This document shows positions 1 through 14,503 of a stretch of DNA of 64,000 nucleotides, in pieces (the first letter of the stretch is position 1; each line of letters starts with the position of its first letter). The notes below the pieces were generated by a model. The model was not told the DNA's origin. It was given only the letters and a program-made list of their open reading frames with translations, and did not search any database. Both the position numbers and the translations under genes were made by a program. Source of the DNA: Octopus vulgaris (lineage: Eukaryota); NCBI GenBank assembly GCA_951406725.2, contig OX597821.1:36828001-36892000 (forward strand), read 5' to 3'.

Positions 1-245
1 TGTGTGAGTGTGAGTGCGCGGGTGTGTGTTGTCTCGTGTGAATTTTTGTTTAATGGAACTAACTTAACTTACCTTTTTCTCTCAGAGCAGATTTTTTTGT
101 CTACTTTGTTGTAAAACCTTAAAGCCAATGTATATGGACGTTTGTGTGTATCTATGTTTCTGCATATGTCTTTATGTTTACGTGACTACACATATGTGAC
201 CGTTTATTGATATCTATATATGTTTATTATTGTATGCACGTTAAG

Positions 246-578
246 GGCGGCGAGCTGGCAGAATCGTTATAGCACTAGGCGAAATGCTTAGCAGCATTTC
301 GTCTCTCTTTCCGTTCTGAGTTCAAATTTCGCAGAGGTCGACTTTACCTTTCATCCTTTCCGGGTCGATAAAATAAGTACCAGTTAAGCACTGGAGTCGA
401 TGTAATTAACTACCCCCTTCCCGTTCTGAGTGCAAGTTTCGCTGAGGTCGGCTTTGCTTTTCATTCCTTTCATGGTTGATAAAATAAGTACCAGTCAAGT
501 ACTGAGATCAATGAAATCAACTTCTGCCTCCCTCCCTCAAAAAGTGCCGATCTTGTTCCAAAATTTGAAACCGTTATT
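246..578 (+). mobile_element. tRNA-derived SINE family A (full copy plus tandem partial copy)
   Basis: Head ggcggcgagctggcagaatcgtta...ctgagttcaaatt; central ctttcatcctttc-gggtcgataaaataagtaccag resembles the MetaSINE/Sauria-type domain; many copies in the window. Confidence 0.8.
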
Positions 579-595
579 ATATGCACATTAATGTA

Positions 596-1161
596 TTGGG
601 TTGTCCGGAACGCTCGTGCCGATTTATAGCAGCTTACCTTTCGACTTATTTTAGAACATGGTTCAGTCCATAAAATAGGATTTGGTTACACCTCTACAAA
701 GAGCACAGTTTAAGCTATCTTTTCGTGGAAGAAGGTTTATGTTCCTACAAACTGTGTTAATTCTGTAGCCCTTTAAAATAGAAGATAAGAAAGTTCATTT
801 TCGGCACTTGATACTTTGAGAACCAGGCAAAAATTGCTGCAGCTCAGCTGAGATGTGTTACCCCACTCTCCATATTCACCAGATATTGCTCCTTCGGATT
901 TCCACTTATTCAGGTCTCTGAAGAATAGTCTTAATTGTAAAAATTTAAATTCCTTGGATGACGTAAAAAGATACCTTGATGAATTCTTTGCCATGAAACC
1001 ATCTCAATTCTGGGAAGGGGGTATTATCAAGTTAAAGGAAAGATGGAGACGCATTGTGCAACGAAATGGTTCATATTTGGTTGATTAAAAATGTAATAGC
1101 AAGTATTTATTGACCTTTTTCTTTCCTTTAAAAATCGGCAAGAACTTTCCGGACAACCCAA
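596..1161 (+). mobile_element. Internally deleted mariner element (non-autonomous)
   Basis: TIRs ttgggttgtccggaa...ttccggacaacccaa; TA on both sides; remnant ORF PHSPYSPDIAPSDFHLFRSL is the mariner YSPDLAP motif. Confidence 0.92.
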
Positions 1162-2007
1162 TATATATTCATGGTTTCATGAATATTTTCGTGCTTCATA
1201 ACATCCTACCCTCTTCTAAGTGGCACGCATGCGTACACGACGATTTCCATGACAAGTAGATGATGAGTTTGATTCTTCAGCTGATGATGATTGCTCCTCC
1301 GTCATTTTCGACGATGAGCATCCAGCTGTTTGCGTAACTGAATTCCTTATTCCTTAAATTAACGTTACAGTGGAAGAGTAATCAGCATCCTTGTGTATAT
1401 CTAATACGATAGGCAGGTTAAATAGGCATGACGCTATATGCAATATGGTTTATCTTTTAAATTACATGTAAAATACACCTCACAGGCTTCCATACATTTT
1501 TCTGGCAAGGCATCGGATCGATTAATCCGATGTTATAGTAGAAGACACGCAATGGGATCGAACCCGGGAGAGGGACATCATTAGAATGATGCAAAATACT
1601 TAAATATCCGTTCATGCATGTATCTACACCTATAAGCGAGCGTGCGTCTGTATGTGTGTGTGTGTTTGTGCGCGCGCTTGTGTATGCGTTCTAAAGAGGG
1701 ACACAAAGCCAAAACTCCTGGTTCAGTAGTACATCCTAAAGTCCATTCGTTTAAACGAGGGTCATCAAACATAATGGATAAACTAATGTGTAGAATACAG
1801 GCCACATAGTAGTATTAGTAAAATATAGAAAACATATTTAGTATTTTTGCAAAAAACCTTTGATGATTTCATAAGATTACATAATAATGTAATCATGTCA
1901 GTTGATTTAACAAAACCCGTGTATGTTTTATGAAGCTTCCAATACTAAATATGTGCTTTGTATTATATTAATACTATGGTTATGTGTACATGTATATATC
2001 TGTATAG

Positions 2008-3252
<1,245 letters not shown>

Positions 3253-3405
3253 TGTGAAGGTCTGTGCACTGAAACAATATATTGTTGCTGGAGTGCTTTA
3301 TGAGACAGTATACTCATATTTTATATTCAATATGATATGTCTTATTTTCCCAGTATTTTTTCTCTCTCACCCCCCCCCCCACCCAACAGGAGTCTTAAGT
3401 TACAG

Positions 3406-3704
3406 TCCCGAAATATTTACAATTATTCGTAAATTTTCGCTCAACCCTTTCGTTTATTACACTCGATTAAGATAAATTCTGACACCTTCTGCTGAATTTA
3501 TTATGTTCTAGCTTAAAAACCGCACTCCGAAATATTTACATTTATCGTATTATTAAAACCGCACTCCGAAATATTTACGATTATTGTATTATTAAAACCG
3601 CACTACGAAATATTTACAATTATTCTTAAATTTTCACTCAACATTTTCGGTTATTACATTCGATTAAGATAAATTCTGACATCTTCTGCTGAATTTATTA
3701 TGTA
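3406..3704. repeat. Compound tandem repeat (~125 bp and ~38 bp units) containing partial Helitron ends
   Basis: Recurring aaaaccgcactccgaaatatttac; 3406-3530 repeated at ~3607-3725. Confidence 0.8.
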
Positions 3705-4103
3705 CTAGCTTAAAAACCGCACTCCGTGCGGATTTTTAAGCTAGCTCCTGCGGCGGGCTAATTGGGCCTGTGGCCCAAAACTAAAGAAAGCAATAATAAT
3801 AAAGCATTTATTGGTACCCTACCAATATGATATTGCTTTAAATTCAGTTTAAATAAAAATGTTATAAGTTCATAAATTTTGGGAGTTCTTTTAAAATTCG
3901 AATTTCCAATTGTTAGCACATAACAAATCTTCATCCTGACGTGATCCCAATACAGGATATTTAAGAACCAAGTGAAGGGCAGATTTTCAATTCTGGGTTC
4001 GTCCTGATTCCAAAAAGGTATAATATGTCTATGTAGAGCAAACGTAGACTGAGATACAGGGGTCCCGGACAGACAGACAGAATTTCACATTTATTATTGT
4101 AGA
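3705..4103 (-). mobile_element. Non-autonomous Helitron
   Basis: Minus strand A|TCTACAATAATAAATG...(TGTC)n at the 5' end; hairpin CCGCAC-GGA-GTGCGG then 8 nt then CTAG|T at the 3' end; A|T insertion, no TSD. Confidence 0.8.
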
Positions 4104-4250
4104 TGACAATCTCTCAAGATATTGTCTTATGTGACCGGTCATCTTGTTCTTCGACCATGGGGGTGATGTGCTTGTTTGGCTAGCCTGGAGATGTGTCATG
4201 CTTTTCTTCCAGTTTTTCACAACTGAAAACCTATGTCGCAGCGCCAAAAC

Positions 4251-4323
<73 letters not shown>

Positions 4324-4324
4324 G

Positions 4325-4990
4325 AGTGAGAGAGCAGTGCATGCCATCAAAGTGACACTGAGGGAAAATATACGAAACCCAGTATACCCATCATGACTAC
4401 CCGTGTCATAAGGGTACACTAGGCACATGCATCACAACCATATGTGCGCGACATGGTGACCTCATATCAAGATAAACAGCACATGACCTTACAGGTGGGG
4501 CCCAGTTAGAATTTTCATCTAGCTCAAAAGATCCCTGAATAAGGGTTGTTTAAGGATGTTGAATGGAACACCCATGTTTCCAGAGGTGAATTATTCAAAC
4601 CCCAAAGAATCCCTCTCAACACATGGCTATGATTCTCCCCCACTACTTCTACCTGTGATTAGAGATGCACATATCGTCAGCCACTAAGGAACATGCTCAA
4701 CTGGTTAAGGTCGAACAACTGACAAGCAAATCTGTGGTATTGAGCAGAATATTTGCAGTAGCCCATCTTTTATACCAAGACAAAACAATGTAAATGATAA
4801 CACTTCCAATCAGTTAAGATCAGAAGCCATGAGAGCCACTGCCTGGTATTGCATCAGGGCATTATTGAGCTGAATATTTGCTGTAGCCCATCTTTTATAC
4901 CAAGACAAAACAATGTACATGATAACACTTCCAATCAGTTAAGATCAGAAGCCACGAAAGACACTGCCTGGTACTGCATCAGGGCATTTA
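4325..4990. repeat. Unclassified interspersed repeat with tandem-duplicated terminal ~120 bp, bounded by (ATT)n and (AGT)n
   Basis: ~4740-4862 repeated at ~4865-4989; (ATT)n 4253-4323; (AGT)n ~5005-5085. Confidence 0.55.
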
Positions 4991-5003
4991 TTATTATTAT
5001 TAT

Positions 5004-5085
<82 letters not shown>

Positions 5086-5257
5086 CAAATTTATTCACAA
5101 TTCCATACAAACAAAAAGTATAGTATAGAACCAAAAAAATCATATAATTGATACAACCGAAAGATAATAATCAGTTATTTGTCTTAAAGTATTCTGAAAA
5201 ATATATGTGCTTTTTATTTGTTACGAAATTATATGTAATAAATAATAATATATAATA

Positions 5258-5652
5258 CTAGCAGTATCGCCCGGCGTTGCTCGGGTTTGTAAGGGAAATA
5301 ACTATATAAGCATTTTTAGAGATGTAAAGTATAATAGCCATCTCAATATGGCTAACCACAAAGGGGGGTGTTACTGTAGCTTTTTACGTTCTGAGATTTT
5401 AAAATACAATTTTAGAGAGTTACTTCCCTTATATAATAGCAAAAAAATGCATTAAAAATGGGAAAAAAAGATGGTAATTTTTTTTTTAATTCGTAGACTC
5501 ATCGTAGACGCGCGCTAATACCCAGAAGGGATCGATATGAATCACTACTATAAGATACCTGCTTTTGGTTACACTGCACCGCAAAATGTGGGAGTAGTTA
5601 GGAATCTAAATTGTAGGAGACAGACACACAACTTCACTTTTATATATAAAGA
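5258..5652 (-). mobile_element. Non-autonomous Helitron (second family)
   Basis: Minus strand A|TCTTTATATATAAAAGTGAAG...TGTCTGTC start; CCCGAGCAACGCCGGG hairpin followed by CTAG|T. Confidence 0.85.
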
Positions 5653-6274
5653 TATTGTAACATATAATCAAATGACAGTTTTATATTGGCTGGCAATAAA
5701 TTCAAGGAGCGTTCGGTGTTATACTGAAAAGTTTGACTAAATGATTGGTTGTTGAAGGGACAAAAAGGGACAATCGCTGAATTAGAACTGAGATTATGTA
5801 GCACAAAGGTTGTAGGACATAAGCTGAACTTAAGAAGGTCAATTCAAATATTTTTGTGTAAAGCCAAACACACTTATGAACGATAAGTCATATTTTAATT
5901 TTATTATAAAATGAAGTTTTAATCAATACTGATGTAACCATGTTCTCATTTGCATGGTATTTTAACAGAGTAAACACAAATATTTTCAATGATTTTGAGT
6001 TTTCCTCAAATTTATTTTGTTGTAATCAATATAGCATTGCAACTAGGTATTTTGCATGTTTCTTTGACATTTTCAACGCGAGTGGAACAAATAATTCTAG
6101 TGGATATTCCTATGTGATCTGTGAATATTTTCTATGTGATCAAGTATATAACAATTTTTTTTTTATAGTTGAATGTCTTAATTTACTAAAGTTTATTTAG
6201 ACAAAATAGTTTTGTCTTTTTTCTTTTCTTTTTTTTTTTTGGAGAATTAATTTTGCAAAAAGAAAAAATCCACA

Positions 6275-6474
6275 TCCTTTCTACTGGAAACACAAGGCCT
6301 CGAATTTGGTGGAGGAGTGATTAAATCGATTACATCGGCCTCAGTGCATAAATGATACTTATTTAATCGGCCCCGAAAGGTAAAGTCGATCCCGGCGGAA
6401 TTTGAACTCAGAACGTAGCGACAGGCGAAATATCGCTAAGTATTTCGTCCTGCGTGCTAACGACTCTGCCAGCT
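6275..6474 (-). mobile_element. SINE family A
   Basis: Reverse complement of family A head and core. Confidence 0.8.
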
Positions 6475-7295
6475 CCACATCCGTTACCTATTAAAGTAAT
6501 CTTTGCTGTAGTTGGGTGGTAGATTGAAAACTGTTATATTCTCGGCTTGAATTACTATTTAACTACTATAGTATAAAATATCAGACTGTGAATTCAACTT
6601 CTGCAACATGGAAAAGAATGAAAAACTGATACGGAATTTTTTATCGTTATATTTAAACGTTCCTTAATTTTCTACACTTTTACAAATATTTGATGAAAAC
6701 CTAATAGCCTGTTATATGGTAGGGGAGGGGGTTCCATCAACTTGCCGCTTTCGTATTGTACCAGTCATGTTGTCGAATCAATACGAACTAGCCCAAAGCT
6801 ATACTGTGCTGTGTTTCTCTTTTTATATCCTGTTTCAAAACTCTAAGAAATGCCAATAAGAAGGATTACATTTAATTTGTAGGTTAATGAATTTGATTAA
6901 ATTTCATTTCCGGGTTAAAGAATTTGGATTTATTGCTAAACATAGAAAATATAACTTCCATGATTTTTATGACGTGGAAATTACCAGTGAGGTAAAAAGT
7001 ACAGCTGAACGCCATACGACACGAGTAAATATTAAATTAATACTCATGTTGTTGATATTTCATCGCTGTCATCATTTTACTCTACCACTCAACTAACTCG
7101 AGGACCAAATTAGAACTGTAGAACTGTAATGTTTATCATGCTGTGAAGTATCATCAATCATTAAGAAATGTTGATTGTGGAGTAAAAGTTGACAAAGAAA
7201 TATAAAATGGATCGTCGAAAATGGAAAACTGTAACTTATGGGAAAACTAAAGCAAAAGTTCTATGTGAAAATATTTTGTCATTATATTTTATATA

Positions 7296-7571
7296 GTGGA
7301 GGTACATGGCCTAGTGATTAGAGCAGCGGACTCGCGGTCGAGGGATCGCGGGTTCGAATCTCAGATCGCGTGATGTGTGTGTTTGTGAGCGAAACACCTA
7401 AGCTCCACGCGGCTCCGGCAGAAGGTAAAGGCGAACTTCTGCTGACTCTTTCGCCACAGCTTTCTCTTGCAGCTCACCTGCGACGGACCACCGTCCAGGT
7501 GGGGAACCTATACGCCAAGGAAACCGGGAAACCAGCCCTATGAGCCAGGCGTGGGTCGAGAAGGAACAAGC
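7296..7571 (+). mobile_element. tRNA-derived SINE (distinct family)
   Basis: A-box tggcctagtgatt, B-box ggttcgaatct, non-tRNA body ending aacaa. Confidence 0.75.
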
Positions 7572-8519
7572 ATATTTTATACAAATGCATGTGGGATTTA
7601 TTAAAGAACATCGTTTGCCCTTTTTAGCAGCAACTGTTTCTTCAAACAAACGTGCAACAAAGTGTTTCCTAATAATTCTGAGACATTTTAATTTCGAGAA
7701 GGGAGTGCAGTGTGTGTTATTTGATTTCTGCAGTAATAACAATGAATCATCCGAGAAAATAGTAAATCAACTGCTAATCATACTTGAAACATCTGGTCTG
7801 GATCTGAGAAAATGTCTTCTGTTTACATACAGTGTACAATGCAGGTGTAAGCTATGGAAATCATAACAATGTTTATCAAACATTAAAAATGTCATTAAAC
7901 CGTTATTTTTGCAAATTTTCTAGCACGAATTCTGAGACAAAGTTAAACCTGTGACTTTCAAGATATTGATATGGATGAAAAAGGGCCATAAATTTTGGAG
8001 AATTCTGAGACAGTTGAACCTGTAACCTTCAAGATATTTATATGGATAAATTATACAATGAGTATGAGATTATCGAACCAATAATGTAACAAAATTTGTT
8101 GTAGGAAAATTGATATTTTATGTTGAAAACGCTATGTTCAAAGTGTACAATCATATCAGCATCTCAGCTAAAAGCACAGCACATTCAAAAAAATTCTGTG
8201 AATTCATCGATGTTGATAGTTGTAGTTCAATATGCCATGCTGTAACTAGATGGCTCTTTTTACCATCTATTGACAGAATACTCTACTACTGAGAAGTATT
8301 AGATGGTTATTTTCAGAGAGGAAGAATGCCCCAAGGTTACTATCAGAGTGCTTTGGAAATAAAGAAAACACTTGTGAATTGTCGGAGATTTATTTCTTTT
8401 GCCTGAGTTACTCGCGCTTCAATTGCTCTCAGACGCTTTTGAAGAACTAGAAGCCAAGCCATTCGGCTTAATTTCAGTATTTAAATTAATGCCTCAACTG
8501 AAAAGCGAATTTTACTTTT

Positions 8520-9079
8520 GTGTCCGGAAAGTTCATGCCGATTTATAGTAGCTTACCTTTCGACTTTTTTAGAACATGGTTGAGTCCATAAAATAGGATT
8601 TGACTGCACCTCTACTAAGAGCAGAGTTTAAGCTATCTTTTCGTGGAAGAAGGTTTATGTTCCTACAAACTGTGTTAATTCTGTAACCCTTTAAAATGGA
8701 AGATAAGAAAGTTCATTTTCAGCTTTTAATGCTTTGGGAACCAGACAAAAATTGCTGCAGCTCAGCTGAGATGTGTTACCCCACCCTCCATATTCACCAG
8801 ATATTGCTCCTTCGGATTTCCACTTTTTCAGGTCTCTGAAGAATAGTCTTAATTGTAAAAATTTAAATTCCTTGGATGACGTAAAAAGATACCTTGATGA
8901 ATTCTTTGCCATGAAACTACCTCAATTCTGGGAAGAGAGTATTATCAAGTTAAAGGAAAGATGGAGACGCATTGTGCAACAAAATGGTTCATATCTGGTT
9001 GATTAAAAATGTAATGGCAAGTATTTATTGACCCTTTTCTTTCCTTTAAAAATCGGCACGAACTTTCCGGACAACCCAA
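8520..9079 (+). mobile_element. Second copy of the deleted mariner element
   Basis: Closely similar to 596-1161 with the same deletion junction; left TIR slightly truncated; right TIR followed by TA. Confidence 0.9.
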
Positions 9080-9640
9080 TAGTTTTGCAGTGAACAGCAA
9101 GCTTTAGCTAGTTTTCACCTGATGTAGCTAAGGAATGAGAAATAGATTTTTATCGTTCATAAACTACTTAAGCGATAGACGTGATTTCTCTGGAAACAGC
9201 TTTCATAAGAAATCACCGAAACTTAGCTTGAACAAGGGCCATAAATTTCGGAGAACTCTGAAACGCAGTTAAACATGTAACCTTCAAGATATTGATATGG
9301 ATGAATTATACGAAGAGTGTGAGACTGTCAAAGCAATAATCAATACTCCCTCCTGAGATAAAAAGTCATAGTGAAGAACGTTATCTTGAACTATTTGGTA
9401 AAACTGAGGTACTTTTTACAAACCAGAAGGTAAGTTGTTGTATCAGTTATGAGCAACCTGCCGCTTTCTGAATGGCACGCCTGATGAAAGATTACCTTGA
9501 ATTTATTCACAGTGTGGCCCATCTGATGATGAGCCATGTCTCATGTTGCCCCTTTCTCGAAAAAGGTTACCTATGCCCAGGGCTTGATTAAGACACATAG
9601 AGACCCTAATCACTTAAAAGATTTTGGTACTCCCATATCT

Positions 9641-9825
9641 CTCTTTACTCTTTTACTTGTTTCAGTCATTTGACTGCGGCCATGCAGTCTTATTCTAGTA
9701 CTTATTCTGTCGGTCTCTTTTGCCGAACCGCTAAGTTACGGGGACGTAAACACACCAGCATCGGTTGTCAAGCGATGTTGGGGGGATAAACACAGACGCA
9801 CAAACATATACACATACATACATAC

Positions 9826-9902
<77 letters not shown>

Positions 9903-10056
9903 CGACGGGCTTCTTTCAGTTTCCGTCTACCAAATCCACTCACAAGGCTTTGGTCAGCCCGAGGCTTTAGTAGAAGACACTTGCCCAAGGTGCCACACAG
10001 TAGGAATGAACCCGGAACCATGTGGTTGGTAAGCAAGCTACTTACCACACAGCCAC
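9641..10056 (-). mobile_element. tRNA-derived SINE family B with internal (GATA)n
   Basis: Head gtggctgtgtggtaagtagc...ccgggttca, ccttgggcaagt core, tail (gtaaaaga)n; other copies 17596-17987, 34899-35271, 38233-38617, 40405-40755, 49796-50209, 54643-55053, 58117-58488 (all minus) and 48969-49343 (plus). Confidence 0.85.
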
Positions 10057-10715
10057 TACAAACATTAATAAACCATAATATAAATTTTTGCAAAATAAAA
10101 CTAACCGTAAAATAGAAAATAATAATAATGCTTCCACTTGGATTATATTTGAAAAGTTTTCTCCTACTTTTTTTAATTGCAAAATCATTGATCAGATCCT
10201 AATTATGAGCACTTAGAAATTCTATTTCCATCATCAAATCGAATATTATTTTAACAAGTTTTAAAGTGATTTCTTTTGTGCCGTACACCATTTACTATTC
10301 CTGTGTTACTTCCTGTCCTTTGTGCCCTAACCACGTGCTCATTTTGTTTAATGCTGCCTATGACTGGTTTATATTAATCCAATGCTGCCTATGATTGGTT
10401 TATATCTTCTCACACGGATGTCTACGCTGAACGAATTTTTTTCAATGATGACCTCAGCTTGAAGAAACTAAAGAAACTATCTGCAATTGATTCAGTCGAA
10501 GTAGAGCATCAAATACGTAATAACTTCTTAGAAACGCCCAGTTGGGTACAAAAACTTTTTGTCCAATAGAAAACTCGAGGCGATGGCAAGTACGTAAATG
10601 GCGACTATAAATATGTAAATGAAAACTGATGAAAAGAAATTTCAATTTACCAGCAGTGACCAGGATTATAAAGATATTCAGATCAATAAATTATTGAATA
10701 GCAAAAACAGGACTG

Positions 10716-11128
10716 AGATCTTTTCGGTTTGAACGGCAGTTTTTAACAAAATTTCTAGGTAACTAAAAGATTTTAAACTTCGTATACTGGTAGAATGTGT
10801 TTATAAAACATCTTTTTCTCTTGGTTTTATTGAGAAAATTTTATAGTTTGTAAGATATTTGTTGTTGTTTTTTTCTTCAATTTCTGCAATTTCAACCAAT
10901 CACTGACGTCTATTGAGGTAAAAAAAAAAAAGCATTCTGTGCCGTATGAATATGTCCCTCGTTTAAGAAACAGATTGGGTTTATTTACATTTGTGAAGAA
11001 AAAAAGATACCCCATCCCTAACCCTAAAACAGATAGAAATGCAATAGATCGATTCTAGGGTCATAATTATGGGTGACAATTTCATATGACACCGCTAGAA
11101 AAAACTGCCATTCAAACCGAAAAGATCC
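10716..11128. mobile_element. MITE with ~30 bp TIR and 9 bp TSD (Merlin/MULE-like)
   Basis: TIR gatcttttcggtttgaacggcagttttt; TSD acaggactg/acagaactg (1 mismatch); internal cctaaccctaa. Confidence 0.8.
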
Positions 11129-11885
11129 ACAGAACTGGAGAAAATAATTCATTAATGACTGAAAAGTGAGGTTTGCATATATGCGTGTGTGTGTGTGTGT
11201 GTGTGTGTCCGCGCGTGTGTGTGTCCGCGTGTGTGTGTGCGTGCGTGCTTGTGTATGTACGTGTATGTGTGCGCGCGTGTGTGTGTATGGTGCATTTTAG
11301 AAAAGCAAGTAAGGAGTCGATATCCTCCACCATGATCACTACAAAAACGGGAGACTGTTTTAGCCGAAGACAAAAATTCCTTTGGGAACAATTCAAACTT
11401 TGTATGAGTCCATACCTCATAGACTTCAAGCTGTAATTACTGCCATGTGGTTGGAAAGTAAACTTCTAACCAAATAGCCATGCCTGTGCCTATATATACT
11501 TTGTTGAAGTAAATCATTTACTCTTCTACTTGTGGCCATGTTGGGGCACTACCCCGTTGATATTACTACACCTTCATTAATTCTCTTTTAATAGTTCGCA
11601 TTTGGTAAATGAGGGAGTTTGATGTTGTTACCCTCATTGGCATTTCCTACAGTGAAGTTAGTCCATCTGGAACTCTGGACAGTAGGAGACCCCATTCTGT
11701 TTTGAACACATCTACATCTACTTCATGTTGATCTCTCAAAATCTTTCAGATTGATATTAAAGAACTGTGGGACCTTGACTCTCCAGCTATTGCAGTGCCT
11801 GGTCCTATATTTTCATGGCAATAGTGGAATCATGTATGTGCGTCTGTCCATCCGTCCATCCATCCTTCCTTTCTATTCCTTGATC

Positions 11886-12116
11886 TGTTTCTTTATTACC
11901 CACAAAGGGGCTAAACATAGAGGGGACAAACAAGGACAGACAAACGGATTAAGTCGATTACATCGACCCCAGTACGTAACTGGTACTTAATTTATCGATC
12001 CCGAAAGGATGAAAGGCAAAGTCGACCTCGGCGGAATTTGAACTTAGAACGTAGCGACGGGCGAAATACCGCGAAGCACTTCGCCCGGCGTGCTAACGTC
12101 TCTGCCAGCTCGCCGC
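11886..12116 (-). mobile_element. Young SINE family A' copy with 13 bp TSD
   Basis: TSD ctattccttgatc at 11873-11885 and 12117-12129. Confidence 0.9.
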
Positions 12117-13614
12117 CTATTCCTTGATCGTGGGGTCATTGGGCTTTCATTGATGACGATGCAAACAGATTTCATCACATCACTTGGTCTTCTGCTCTTC
12201 TCTGTGAGATAGCAAATTTGAGGCTTGTCCACGTTTTAATGTTAATCTGGTCATTGACCAACACACTATGGATTCTGGTCGGGTTTTTTTTTTTTCTTAT
12301 CATGAACGTATCATGGGCAAGTTAGCTTAGTGGCACCCATTCCTCTCTAAACTGTTAACCACAACTGCATGCGTCTGCTTGAGGCACACCTTAGCCCCAA
12401 CATTAGGCCGTGGACCTAAGCTGGTTCCTACGCCCTAATTGTTCCTTGGGAAGCCTTACCTAGACTCCTTCGCCAACTTGTCTAATTTTGATCAGTGAGA
12501 ATGTAACTCATTGTATAGCTAAGGTATTCCTGTATGTTTGTGTGTGTGCCATTGTATAGCTAAGGTATTCCTGTATGTTTGTGTGTGTGCTCACACACAC
12601 ACATACATACACACACCTACTTATTGTTTGTTGCGTACTTAAGACGTGTGGTACAAGCTTGAGTTATGTCCCTTCGAGTTAAGTTCAGCTTGCTTATGTC
12701 CCTTACTAGGTCAATTTAATAAATAGAATATTAAAAAGATTGTTGTAATTAACTACAAAACTGATGGTGCTCACCCAGAACAGCCAGTTCAATGACTAAA
12801 ACCAATTATAGATTAATACTGAAGGGATTTGCAATAGAGTTATGCAGGATCTAAAGGACAATTCCACATATTTTTCACAGTTCTGAATCCATACCCTACT
12901 AGAATTAACTTTTGTTTCACATACTCTTAGCTTTATAAAATAAGTACAAATAAGTACCAGACAGATACAGTGCTAGTTCAGATGATTATACATCTCCCAT
13001 CAAAATTAATCTATGGAATACTATGATATAATAAATCTACAGTTTATGATTTACAGACATTCTGACCAAGTACAAGGCTAATTCTAAAGGAAGCAGTAAA
13101 ATTTGATAAATTACTATAGTATTTCTTATTTCGTTTTTGGATTTGGTTTGCAAGATTCTTTATGTGAGTTCGTGTGTTGAAGCATACTCTGTTGTGTCTG
13201 GGGAGAGTATAGTATTTCTCTTTATAATGTAGACACTTTTCCATGCTTCTAAGGGTCATGCAGATTTTCTACAACCAGATGCCCCTACTGCTGCCAACCC
13301 TCACCAGTTTCCAAGCAAGCTAATATTTCCCCATAGGCAGACATATATATATATATCATCATCTTCATCATCATCGTCATCATTATCATCACAATTTGAT
13401 GTCCGTTTTTCATGCTAGCATTGGTTGGAAAGTTTGACAAGTACTAGTGAGGCTAGAGGCCACACCAAGCTCCATTGTCTGTTCTGACATGGCTTTTACA
13501 GCTGGATGCCCTTCCTAGTGTCAACCATTTCACAGAGTGTACTGGGTGCTTTTTATGACACCAACACCAGTACGTTTTATGTAACACCTTCACTATACAT
13601 ACATATATATCACC

Positions 13615-14045
13615 TTGATCACCTTGACCGACCAGTCCATCGGGCGTCCATTTGACACCGCTGGTCACATCACACTGTCCACTCCTCTCTGGTTCGCGCC
13701 TTCCTCATCTACGTGATCCCAATCGCCCTCCTGAAATCGTAACTCCACTGTTGTGGAGGCCTTCCGAGTGGTCGTTTCCGCTCGCGTAAGTACCACTCAA
13801 CGACTGCGCAGGTCCACCAATTATCAGTGAGTCGGGCGACGTGTCCAGCCCATCAAAACTTACTGCGTGTATATTCTACGATAACATCCCTCACACCAGA
13901 ATTCTCTCTGATGACCTCACTACTGATGTGCTCTCTCAACGAGATTCCAAGCATTGACCTCCTTTGAGCCATTACCAATCTTTGTTCTTCTCTTTGTTGT
14001 AGCCCATGTTTCACTACCATATGATAAGACTTCTCCCGTTTCATT
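13615..14045 (-). mobile_element. RTE-clade LINE 3' fragment
   Basis: Minus-strand remnants AQRRSMLGISLREH, WAGHVARLTDN, RKRPLGRPP. Confidence 0.7.
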
Positions 14046-14129
14046 ATATATATATGATGGTCAGGTCATCTCTCACGCATGAGAGAAATCTGAATTCCAA
14101 AGTAACTTCTCTTTGGACAATTCCCAATA

Positions 14130-14503
14130 AGAAGACAAAAAAAAAAGACAATCTGAAGCAATGCAACATTCCCTTTTCTTCCTGGGAATACAAAGCATCA
14201 GAATACAGGACCTGGCACCAGCCCTGCTTCTTCTCAGTGCAATGATTTGAGCAAAGCCAGCTCCAACATAGGGACCAACTTCATGCAAACATGAAGGCAC
14301 ACTGGCAAAACACTGCTCCTCTAAATAAAAACCTTACCTGTCATTGTGGTTTTGTGGCACAGAGCAAAGCAGGCTTTGCAGTCCACTCAAGAAAATACAT
14401 AGTAAATGAACCACAATCACTCAAGCAAACTGAGTCCTCAATTTGTTCCCTTTGCCAAAAGGTTTGCAAGGCACCAGCAAGCCTCAAAAGAAGTGTCCAT
14501 TGA
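14130..14503 (+). mobile_element. Probable LINE C-terminal Zn-finger remnant
   Basis: CHCGFVAQSKAGFAVHSRK and CSLCQKVCKAPASLKR in a short ORF with no evident splice structure. Confidence 0.4.

Larger units (their letters stand above)
7000..9580 (+). mobile_element. Decayed hAT-like transposase, interrupted by a SINE and a mariner derivative
   Basis: Fragments in several frames: GKTKAKVLCENIL, SNKRATKCFLIILRHF, NNESSEKIVNQL, CHAVTRWLFLPSIDRIL (hAT TRW motif); many stops and frameshifts; boundaries approximate. Confidence 0.55.

Noticed and set aside
60-130. Minus-strand GTAAGT donor suggesting an exon of another gene
   Set aside because: No recognisable coding content or acceptor; cannot be supported
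3500-3725. Repeated ~25 bp motif resembling a CRISPR array
   Set aside because: Eukaryotic context, spacers are themselves duplicated, no cas genes; explained by Helitron end duplication
4144-5151. Poly-I, L, N and S ORFs
   Set aside because: Trinucleotide microsatellites (ATT)n and (AGT)n
7296-7372. Possible tRNA gene
   Set aside because: A and B boxes present but no clean acceptor stem; continues into a SINE body
9478-9520. CTGATGA-aag/ctt-GAAT hammerhead-like motif
   Set aside because: GAAA core is broken and no convincing stem III or stem I
12508-12590. Short direct duplications (also ~16109-16190, 19024-19074, 20291-20346)
   Set aside because: Ordinary local slippage duplications with no further structure
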